From Styela clava (lineage: Eukaryota): 64,000 nucleotides of DNA. Below the pieces are notes generated by a model. That model ran no database searches. It saw only the letters and a program-made list of their open reading frames with translations, and was not told the DNA's origin. The first letter of the stretch is position 1. Each line of letters begins with the position of its first letter. Of this stretch, positions 53,390-64,000 are shown in pieces. The translations under genes were made by a program, and so were the position numbers. The stretch is taken from assembly GCF_964204865.1 (NCBI RefSeq), contig NC_135252.1, positions 21,638,001-21,702,000 of the forward strand, written 5' to 3'.

Positions 53390-54323
53390 CTATTATGTTG
53401 TAACAAACTTGCCCGTGGGTTCACCAGCTCACGATTTAACAAATAAATAAACTTAGAAATTTAATGTCACACTGTGAACGATTAACAACAAAGGTTAAGA
53501 AAGTAAAGGACGATGGCAATGAATCATATTATAATATCTTCGATATCTCTTGGGTAATTTGCATGATATAAATAGTCACTATATTTTCTATACTGAAAGG
53601 TTATTTTAGCAACCTAAATAGTTTCCTGGCTGACATGGAAATATACATACATCCCATTTCCAAATTGGTATTGACTTCATTGGTTATGTTTTCAGTTATG
53701 AGACAAAAAGACTATAATAATAATAAAGAATAAAAGACCATAAAATAAAATAACAAGAATTGTATTTAATAATGAAATGTTTTGTTCACAATTCAATTAT
53801 TAATATTTTAATCCAAATTAAATTTAAAAATAATGAAACCTAAAAAAAGATTATTTCTGAAGTGTTTCTGCAATAAAAAACATACCATTGAATATGAAAT
53901 ATATATATATATAAATCTCATAATATAAGAAAAATATATGATGATAATTTATAAACCTCTGCCAAATTGCTAAGAATTTGCAGGTTGGCGACAGACGACA
54001 GTATATCAAATTTGGATAAGTTACTCAAAGAATATACAAGAGTAAATTATATTAACAAAAAATAAATCATTTCATCATTTATTATAAAGTAAGATAACTT
54101 GATTTCGTACATGAATCCATGTTATTCACATAATAATATATTAGTTGTCTACTTATTTTATAATGAGATATCTAAGTTGATTTTGTTCTCTTAACAAGGC
54201 TCTCTACAAGCATCCAATGATAATTTCACTATGATTCGTATCCAGTTTAACTCTGACAACCTGTACCTGCTCTATTTAATAAATTTCTTCATTTCACAGC
54301 AACGACAATCCAACACTGACATT

Positions 54324-54478
54324 GGTACTCAGTGTGTGTACCAGGTTAGGATAAAGCCTGTTTTAGCCAAATGAATATACTCCCTCTTCATAGGTTTCAG
54401 TCCCCTTACACAACCTGATGTACAGTAGGCAAACAAAATTAGTTACCTCCATATTGGTACACATACTTCTGGAGCGCC
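54324..54478 (-). mobile_element. MITE family B copy, internally deleted
   Basis: Perfect 8-bp TSD ctgacatt (54316-23, 54479-86). Confidence 0.9.
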
Positions 54479-56049
54479 CTGACATTTACTTGAGTGGTAT
54501 TTCAAATTTTTTTATGAGCTATGACATAATGCTGTCTCCATAAAAGAAAATTACATTTCACAGGTAAACAGACCACACAGATTCAACAAAAACCATCAGA
54601 GAGGAAAAATCTATTCAATGCTATAGGCAAAGTAAATAAGCTACGTTTGTTTGAGTTTGACAAAAGCTATCACGCCTACTTGATATTAAATTTTATAAGT
54701 CTAGGTTGAGTGAAGAGAAATTGGTTCTATCACGCAATGTAAAATAAATTTTAACTAGGGGTGTCCAAATAAAACGATTTCTTGTAATAAACACTTCCTC
54801 AAAAAATATTTGAGAGATACATACATACATACAATGTACGTTTCGATAAGTCAAATAGTTTTTTTTTTTTAAATAAATACCACAAACAGACAGAGCACAT
54901 GCTTTGCATATCACCAAGAACAAAGTGTCCTTTTACAGCTGAATGAATGGTGTGACCATTGACCAAGTGACCAATGAGGCATGCAGTGAAATAACAACAT
55001 GACAGTAAGGATTACTGTAAACAAAAACAGAGCATTAATGTGAAACTATTGAACTATCACGTTTTACCTACATCAAATAATTTAGTATTCTAAATACATT
55101 CTAATATATTTTTGAATATGGAGAAGGCTTTATTAAATGAATAATTTTCCGTTGTATTTATATATGATATTTTGAATATGGAATACATTTAGTACACAAT
55201 TCAAAACGAAAGTTTAACTGGAGATCTGGAGATGCAGAAATAAATAATTTTTTATTATGGAATATCAAAGACATTTTAAATTTGGTTTTTAGAATCTGTT
55301 TGAAATAAAATCGTACCATTTTAATAATCAGTAATTTATGTTTACAAAATACATAAAATACTTTGTTTACTTCCTGGCTTGTAGGTGAAAGGCCACTGTC
55401 ACTACACACAGCAGATACTAATATTATGAATACATGTGCATCATCACACCTCAGTGTTTGCAACACAAACAACAAAACCGCTAAGTGTGGTATAATACAT
55501 TATGTATGATTCGACACATAATTGCATGATTTTTCTTGAGGTAATGAGAATAAGGTTTTGACGAAACTAAAATATTAGAAAAAATTATGGCCGGGTAATG
55601 TTTAAATTAATGTTATCAAATTTTTTAGACAGAAAAATAAAATGATAGTACACTACCAAAATTTCAAATTCAAAATTTTCATTTATCATAATAAACTGAA
55701 ACACAAACGACAAAAACGTTAAGTGTGGTATAACTTATATTACATTCAGTATGATTCAACACATGTGACATAATTGCATTATAATTTTCTTGCAGTACAG
55801 AGAACAATAAATACTGATACCAATACTCAGAAAAAAACAAGGGTAGAAGAATATGGAAATATTGTACAATATCACAAACATAAAACTGAAAAGCCGAAGA
55901 AAAATACAAGATGTTATTTTTGATTTTCCAATTATCAAAGAAGTATCTGAATGTATAATATATTAATGCACAATCTGGTGTAAATTTTAATTGAAACTCG
56001 AAAAAAAAGAGATTATTATGAACCTATTATATAGGTAATATGTGTAAAC

Positions 56050-56131
56050 CAGGGGTGTGCCCAAGTGTGGCCCATGGCTTCATTCAATCACTTGAATCTG
56101 GCCCCCATGTAATAAAGGTTGCACTCCCCTG
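56050..56131. mobile_element. 82-bp hAT (Charlie-like) mini-element
   Basis: caggggtgtgc ... gcactcccctg ends, GGCCC motifs, TSD gtgtaaac/gtgaaaac. Confidence 0.7.
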
Positions 56132-56389
56132 GTGAAAACTACTAATCTCACTGATTGAATTGATGCTGAGTATCAGTGCAAAAAAATTTTCAACGAATAA
56201 GAACAGCAGATGGAAATTACCCAACGATTCAAGTTGAAAAACAAAATTACCAATTTCTTGTCCTATACTTTAAACAAATTTTACAAATATACCATATTCT
56301 ACCCTTCACTTAAACTAAATCCCTTGAATATACCTTGAATAAAGCGTACGTGATATTCTGCTGATCAATCCATTAAAATTATTTTCACC

Positions 56390-56826
56390 GCATTTGAATT
56401 ATAGACATATGATTCAGGTTTTACTGACGTAACTCTTCTATTTCGGTTGAGATAATTTAACCAAAGATGAGTAAACAAACTATATTATGTGCTTGTTATT
56501 CCGAAGTGTTAGATTTCAATAAAATTTGTACTACGGTAAGTAATGTTATCAGAAAAAAAAAGTTTTTTGATGATGGCAATATTTTTGTTGAATTACCGTA
56601 AATGGGAGAGTTTAAAAAATTAATTTAGACAATTCAAATATGAAATGATTTCTAGCTCAATTTGCACACAGATATCCCTCCCTGCCTTTATCAAGTTTTC
56701 AGAGTAGAATATGGCACTAGTTTTACAATATATACAAATATGACTGCAATACCCATACAAATCAATTTTAGTTTTGAACATCTGTGCCTCCAAGTTGATT
56801 TCATCAGTTAGGAATCCCACTATACT
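56390..56826 (-). CDS. Candidate divergent N-terminal-domain exons (SIVGFLTDE... from 56826; LFTHLWLNYLNRNRR near 56478-56434)
   Basis: ttttaccag acceptor at 56826 is in phase with the 60084 donor; LFT..WL..+N..R resembles a PLEKHG4B/ARHGEF40 N-terminal motif. Internal boundaries unresolved. Confidence 0.35.
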
Positions 56827-57079
56827 CTGGTAAAATTCGCTGACATTAAAAGTGTTATTTATTTACAAATTCTAATTTGATAAAATGCTTTTGGTGTATA
56901 AATAGACTAGATAAATCCCAAGATAAATAAATAATGAATGACCAGAGGGCCTAAAAAAATGACCAAATTTTAAATATCAATCTATCAATTGAAAGATGGA
57001 AAAGTATAAACTGTGATAAAATCAGAAGATATATCAGTGCCTAATATCTTAGTATTCAATGTTCATATAATAAATGAGT

Positions 57080-57273
57080 GGCGCTCTAGAATTGTGTGTA
57101 CCAATATGGAGGTAATTAATTTTGTTTGCCTACTTTACATCAAGTTGTGTAAAGGAACTGAAACCTATGGGCAGGGGGTATTCAATTGGCTAACACGGAA
57201 TAGAACTGAAGTAAGGAAATTTGTATAAAATTATGGCCTAACCCTGACCTGGTACACACATTATGGGAGTACC
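57080..57273 (+). mobile_element. MITE family B copy
   Basis: Colinear with family B, small deletions. Confidence 0.85.
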
Positions 57274-57913
57274 GTTCAATGTACATATATAATAAATATT
57301 ATATAATAGTACCTGGTTGTATAAAGTTAATGCGTGTCAAAGTCATGACACAAAGAAATCTTATATACATAATTATGTGAATTAAATTATAGCCCATGTT
57401 GAAGATGAGCATTAAATTGTTGAACATTGTTTCATAGCAAACCATTTAATAAAATTGTGAAAACATCGCTACGAAGATTCAATATAATGTATTACCAATA
57501 AACAATCGGCTAAAACTGCGTTGTTAACGCTGAGTTAGAGATTGAAGAGGAAGGATTAGTCTAATGACACATACTCAAGTGGTTTTATGAGCAATCGATG
57601 AGCCAGTCTATTCAAGAGGATTATTACAATCTCCCAGCATTTGATAATGAAACACCAGTCAGCTTAATTAAAAGATTTAAACAAATTGCTTTAAACTCTG
57701 AGTGTGAAAAATTTGAAAATCCACCTGAACCCTTCCTGAAAACCCACTTTTTACGGACTCAGGCCAGAGTCGATAGCTGTTATGGTGTAACTTGGCAATA
57801 GGAAATTTCAGAATACATCCCCCTGCCTTTGAGCTTAAGATAGTGAAATCACTGTACTATACTGGCAAGCACCTGGTTGAAAACCACTGGTTTAACACAA
57901 AGTAAATATAAAT

Positions 57914-58286
57914 AACGAGAATATCGGTTGGAAACCGAAGACTTATCGATCGATAGTTAGGGGATCCCCCAAAACAGAAACTGCAGTTTCGATTCATCCG
58001 CTCTTGTAACTTGCGCACTGCGCATCGCACACACACACTCGGCGGGTCTCAAAAATTCTCTCGCTTTACAAAAATCTAGATCACTAAATCAATAATTGAT
58101 TGATAACTCGCTAATATACGACATAATTCGCCCAGAATCAATAGGCTTCTGGTCCGAGATAAGATGAATGCATATGCAAAATCTGGAGCAGATTCAATCT
58201 GGCTTTCATGAGATATCGCGTGCATCTAACAGACAAACATACAGACAGACAAATACCTATCAACATACTTAAAATCGATAAGTAAT
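57914..58286 (-). mobile_element. Helentron/DINE-1-like copy
   Basis: Reverse complement of 37551-37849 with a variable middle. Confidence 0.75.
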
Positions 58287-60083
58287 GACAATGGCTGGCT
58301 GTCCACTCCAGTGCCTTGCTCAGAGAGAACATTGAGGAATGTAGTTCATGAATGAAAAACATTCTTTCATCTGTTCCAACGTCAATAAATCATTGATAAA
58401 AGTCAAAAACATAATTTTAAATTTATGAGTTCTGACTGACAAAAGTAATAAAGTTTTACGACAGTTTGATCAAGTTTATTATAAATTTATAAAATTAGAT
58501 TAGGTAACGACCATATATGGGTAATTAATAAAATAAACACTGATCATCCATGATGTATACTTGATGAGGGATAATTTGACGGCAAACAATGAATGTAAAA
58601 TGGAAGGCTTCCTAGATTATTAAAACACAAAATTTTCAACGAAGTCCATGTATTTCAAATAGTAATCTAGTAAAATTAACTATAAACAATCGAGGGGCGT
58701 GGCACAGGGATTCAATACAATTTACTATTTCATTCTATTGTTCTAGACCAGGTTGTGCCACATTTTGTCAGTGGGCCATGTGGAACTTCAGACATCTAGC
58801 TGGATCAAATAAAAAATTTAGGACGAGTTGTGGCTCTAGATTATTATAAATTTCATAAATCGAATTACACAAAATTGTCAACAAAGACCTTGAATCTGGA
58901 ACAGCAAAGTGCTAAAAATCTGACTTGAAACTAGACAAAGTGTATGATTAAAACCACTACCTTTTTGACTATACTCTCCTAGAAAACTATACTCTCCCAC
59001 TCCTAGAAAATCCTATATCCAATTTTTCTTGAACATTCAGTATAATTCTCTATTATAAATACTGCTATATTCTCCGCACTCAATCTACCGTACATAAAAA
59101 ACATTGACATACTAGTTTAGAACCTAAATTTTAGCATAAAAGGTTAGATCTGAAGTCTAGAGTTAGTGCTAATTCCTAAAAACACTCTAGAATAGAGTAG
59201 AGGGCCTGAGTGAGCCTTACAAGCCAGACTTCAAAAACAATAATGTACAAGATGCAATAAAGAACAACGCCAAGGCAGAGTTAAGTCTACATTTCACGCA
59301 TATATGAGAAAAAGAATATTATTAGACGAAAGAGAAAATGTTTCTCATCAACCAGAAAACCGTAACCATGACAACAAAAATAAAGTTTTTAAACAATACT
59401 TTTTATAAAGACTTAGAGACAAACAACCAAAAAGGGTCAAATAAGTCAACCAGTGTAAAGATGCTATGAAACCCTTCCCAGCCTATCCTATGCTATACAA
59501 CTTTCGCAGACAATCTAAAAAACAAAAAACAAAAATCCAGCGCTCAAGTTCATATCTAGATAATACACAAGTTAAGACATGTTTAAATATTACTTCTTAA
59601 ATATAAACTTAGATACAAACAACCCTAGGGGCATAAGATTATGATTGAGGCGTCCCACAATCCTTCGCAGCACAAATCAACAAATAATTGACAAATAAAA
59701 ACTCATAGTTTAAAATAAAACACTATTTCATGATTTAAATTCTGTATATTACGAGAAATTTATTATAATTTAAAAACAAACAAGAATGATTCTTTCAACA
59801 GGAAAACACTGTTTTTTAATTTTCAGTAAATTTACCTTAATAAGTCATATTTAGATACCTTATTTTTATAGCATCTTATTAAAGGACAACCTACATAACA
59901 TGAAAAGTGAATGCATTGGTGCCACACATACTTGAAGTTAAATTTTTGTAGAAGAAATTGATGTTACGTCAACCAGAAAACAGTAACCATGACTTCATAG
60001 AATTCAGTTTTTAAGCAGTATTTTTTATATAGACTTGGAAAGCTTGAGGTCGTACTGCTAAAACCCCTCCCATCTATTATTAC

Positions 60084-60209
60084 CTCATCTTTCACTAATA
60101 ATTCTAAAACAAACAACATCATAGCATTCAAGTTCATTCCTAGATGCCACCCAAGTTGAGACAGATTGATTTTCAAACATCTTATTACGTGGGGATGCTT
60201 CATTGACAT
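60084..60209 (-). CDS. Candidate first coding exon of the PLEKHG4-like gene (MSMKHPHVIRCLKINLSQL...VLELLVKDE)
   Basis: ATG at 60209, GAG|GTAATA donor at 60084, possible acceptor at 60230; hydrophobic pattern resembles the ARHGEF40 N-terminus (V..C+...L..L). Weak similarity judged by eye. Confidence 0.45.
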
Positions 60210-60914
60210 TGTATTGCAATTGTAAAGGATCTGACATTTAGATTCTATTCAAATCCAAGTCGTATGACATCAAACAATTTAGCAAACGTGCAATTTGATA
60301 AGAAAGAAGAACAACATTGACAAACATCATTAACGTATTAAAATAAACTTCTCCCGTATATTTCATAACATACTTTTTCTCTATACAAGACTCTTAGACA
60401 AGAAATCCTCAAAATCAGAATCATGATTCACGTAGGTTAGGCTGTAAGGAATTGAAATCAGACATTTTTTGTGATTTATATGGAAGCTCTAAACAAGTCA
60501 CTGGACCAGTGATTCTCAACCTTTTTTGGTAAATTACTCGCTAGGTCTATTTTTTATCTCATTCTTTCTCCCTCACTAAGCATAAAGCCGCACGATCACT
60601 TTTTGAGTAGAAAATAGAATTAAAAGTGAGCCTTATGGTCCGTGAGATAAGGTAATTCATTTTAAACTGACTCTATCATCCTTTTAATTGTGAACAACCA
60701 CCTTACTCTGTGTGAGCCTCTAGAATTATAAAGAGTTAGCTTATATTAATAGACAACGGATAAGCCTATCAATGCAAACTTGTAGCAGCATGGTTCTCTC
60801 TACACTACATAACTTGTTACCAACAATATAAGAACTTTTCAGCAACATTTCATTCTATATATTAGTACAGACATTTATTAAACAGCAGCAGTAATATGAA
60901 TCAAATAATAACTA

Positions 60915-61197
60915 AACGAGAATATCGGTCGGAGACCGAAAACTTATCGATCGAAACTGCGGTTTCGATTAATGACTCTATAGTGACACCACGTGTCCCA
61001 TTGCTAATTAATTAATAACTCGCTAATTATACGACATAATTCATCCAAAATCAATAGGCTTCTGGTCCGAGATATGATGAATGCACATGCAAAATTTGGA
61101 GCAGATTCAACCTCGCCTTCGTGAGATATCGCGTGCATCTAACAGACAGACAGACAAACAGATAAATACCTACCGATCTAGAGATCGATAAGTAATA
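60915..61197 (-). mobile_element. Helentron/DINE-1-like copy
   Basis: Reverse complement of 37551-37849. Confidence 0.75.
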
Positions 61198-61273
61198 AAC
61201 TAAAAGGACAGGAAGCATTTACAATACCAACAATAGTCGATAATTCATCAATAAAGCAATAAAGTGCGACAGA

Positions 61274-63624
61274 CAGGGATGGCCAATATCGAATAGTTCA
61301 CTATTTCGAATACATTCGAAATTATTTTTTTCGAATATGAAATTTCGAATACTTCGAAAATAAAATCCACTAATTGAAGCTCATCTAAATGTATGTAGGA
61401 ATTTCCATATAATAAGCAATGGAATAACTGCTATCTACAAGTTAAACCTAGCTATATTACCAGACATTTCATATTTGCAGATTATTGCAGTATATATTTT
61501 ATATACCACGAGTAATGTTAACAGAATTAAATTAATACGGCAATAGTGGTATCGATGATGGATTTGAATATTTGCGTAACACAAAATCATCTTAGTAAAA
61601 CGCCCATACTTTTAAATACCAACCATTATCCGAATTATTTGCCAAAAAGTGGGATAAAGTATGAGTCATTTTTCCGACTTGTGACAACTTTTTCGTGAGT
61701 ACAAAAATACGAATCAAAAATTAATTATATTCGGGAACTTTACCACACATTTCAAGTCCGCAGATCGCCGTTGTATGTTTGAGTAATAATACTTTATTAT
61801 TTTATAAATATGAAAATAGGAATCAAAAACTATTTATAATTGGGTAGTTTACCACACATTCGAAGTCCACAGATCGCCGTTGTATTTTGTAAATATGAAA
61901 ATAGGAATCAAAAGTTAATATTAATCGCGAGTTTGCCACACAATTTATGTCCACAGATTGCCGTGATATTGTGCCGAATATATTTAGTTTTTGATTCTTA
62001 TTTTACGAAAAATTGTCACAAGACGGAAAAAAAATTTATACTTTATCCTCGCTGTTGGGAACTAATTTGGATAATGGTTGCCATTGGTTTGTATTTAAAA
62101 GTATGGACTTTTTACTAGGATGATTTTGTGCTGCGCAAAATATTCGAATCCATGACCGATACCACTATTTAAAATGCCTGACCGTGTTAATTTAATTCTA
62201 TTATCACAACTCAAATGTTGGTAAATCGGGCAGTTCACCACACATTTTAAGGCCACAGATCGCCGTTGCATTTTAGAATTATAATAGTTTTATTATTTTG
62301 TAAATACGAATCCGAAATTAATTATAATTGGGCAGTTTACCACGTATTTCCTGTCCACAAATACCGTGGTATTTGGTATTAATACTTCCATTATTTTATC
62401 AATATAAAAATGGGAATCAATATTTAATAATATCGGTCAGTTTACCACACATTTTATGTCCACAGATTGTCGATACAACCATGAGTTACATTGAACAGAA
62501 TTAAATTAATACGGCATGACATTTTAAATGCTGGTACCAGTCATTGATTGGATTATTTAGCGCAACAAGAAATCATCCTGGTAAAGGATCGATACTTTTA
62601 ACTATCGTTATCAGAATTATTATGACTTGTTTTTCCAACTTGTGACAATTTATTGGATATCGTAACAATGACGGCTATAAATACCGTATTTCCCGGCTAA
62701 TAAGTCCACAAGGCAAATAGGACGATGTCTATTTTTAGCACTCAAATAAGTTTTTTTCCATACAGGCCTCCAATAAGACGGGTAGAAAAATTGTGTTCCT
62801 GTTGTTCAGTTATGCTGATATGCGCTAATAATTTTATATGTTTAGAACCAGATCAAGTTAGTTTGGTAGAATCGATTCTACCAAACTAACTATTTTTAAC
62901 AATTGAGCGGTAAATTTAAGTTGTAAAACGGCAATCATTTTGGACAACCTATTAACCCGAATGTTGAAATAATTTTGGAATGTGATAAGTAATACACTGT
63001 ACGTCCACGGGTTATTTCACAGCTGTGTTTTCCTGTCCCTGTCGTGTTCTGCTGAATCGGCAAAACGAAGGGGTCACAAATCACTTTCTCGGTGGCCGTG
63101 TTTCTCATATTAAAGTAACCATAACCGGTCTGCGATTAAATATCTTGATTGGCAGACCCTAAGACCCAAATATAAAGTTACACAAATCATGCTTGAGAAG
63201 ACTCATGCGAATAAAAACAGACCACATAGAACTACATACTTTCTCAATTAGACGCCTCCCTAGAAAAGCGACTTATTGGCGGGAAATACAGTAATTGTCA
63301 ATTTTTCGACGTAATGGAAATGAATTTGTAAATTAAAAGCCTCGTAAACGAATGTCGGCAATGTCCACCCACGCAAACGTGCAAATGTGTCGCAACACTA
63401 TGCGACGTACGGTCGCACAGAATATAAACAATCAAAGTGCCGATCGTCATTACAATACGTGAGACAGCGTAAAACGTCGTTTGAAGATTCCCATAAAACG
63501 AAACACCACGATTACGGCGAAAAGTGGCTACTATTCGGAATTATTCGAAAAACAGCCGAAAAGGTATTCGAATACTTTGATATTCGAATACATTCGAATA
63601 TTCGATTCGTTTTGGACAAATCTG
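61274..63624. mobile_element. Composite non-autonomous hAT element, 2351 bp, with TTCGAATA subterminal arrays
   Basis: Ends cagggatggccaa ... ttggacaaatctg; perfect 8-bp TSD gcgacaga (61266-73, 63625-32). Confidence 0.88.
62684..63291. mobile_element. Tc2/pogo-type MITE nested in the hAT element
   Basis: TIRs ccgtatttcccggctaataagtc / gacttattggcgggaaatacag, flanked by TA. Confidence 0.8.
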
Positions 63625-63897
63625 GCGACAGATATTACATTCTCAAGTACCATTAACAACGTGAAATATCTCAAGTAGCTAGTTAATAAAAGCTCTCTAC
63701 TTTGACTGTTTTTCTTTCAGTGGTTGTGTTGACATATATATTGTGCAAGCTTGACTAGATATTAAATCCTGTCACAAATAAACACATGCACGCCTTGATG
63801 AAGTATGGTCAATATATGGACCGCCTATGACCGGGCAGGCACAATTATTTACAGCACAAATCAAGTCAATTGACAAACAAAAACGTAGTTTAAAATA

Positions 63898-63992
63898 CCG
63901 TGTTTCGGCGAAGATAAGACTGGGTCTTATTTCAATTTTCTTTCGAAAAATAACACTTGGGCTTAATTTTGGGGGATGTCTTTTATTTTCAT
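63898..63992 (+). mobile_element. Left end of another Tc2/pogo-type MITE (partial)
   Basis: TA|ccgtgtttcggcgaagataagac terminus with internal ataagac/gtcttat inverted repeat. Confidence 0.5.
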
Positions 63993-64000
63993 TTATCAAA

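Noticed and set aside
61737-62470. Regularly spaced ~40-bp repeats as a CRISPR-like array
   Set aside because: Repeats are degenerate, spacers resemble each other, there are no cas genes, and the context is a eukaryotic transposon.
1-64000. Conserved microRNAs (let-7, miR-1, -7, -31, -33, -92, -124, -133, -184, -219)
   Set aside because: Only short partial matches without a proper hairpin were seen by eye; lineage-specific miRNAs cannot be excluded.

Overview
AT-rich eukaryotic (invertebrate-like, plausibly tunicate; inference only) genomic DNA. I found no prokaryotic operons, CRISPR arrays, rRNA or intact tRNA genes. Nearly all ORFs in the track are spurious or repeat-derived. The right half carries a minus-strand multi-exon gene of the puratrophin/PLEKHG4/ARHGEF40 RhoGEF family. 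Nine exons between 53389 and 38506 can be spliced by eye with GT-AG junctions (one junction unresolved), covering a low-complexity region, a SEC14-like domain and spectrin-like repeats. Candidate N-terminal exons lie up to 60230. No DH/PH exons are visible in the 38 kb downstream. One intron holds an apparently intact 2.9-kb pogo-superfamily DD35D transposon (46917-49854) whose transposase gene has its own intron and a C-terminal Tudor/SH3-like module. The rest is non-coding DNA dense in non-autonomous elements: telomere-motif MITEs with 8-9 bp TSDs, hAT, Tc1/pogo MITEs, Helentron/DINE-like elements, a tRNA-derived SINE, a Buster-type transposase relic and Penelope-type hammerhead-like fragments. 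Local duplications are frequent, and CpG density drops visibly inside the gene body.
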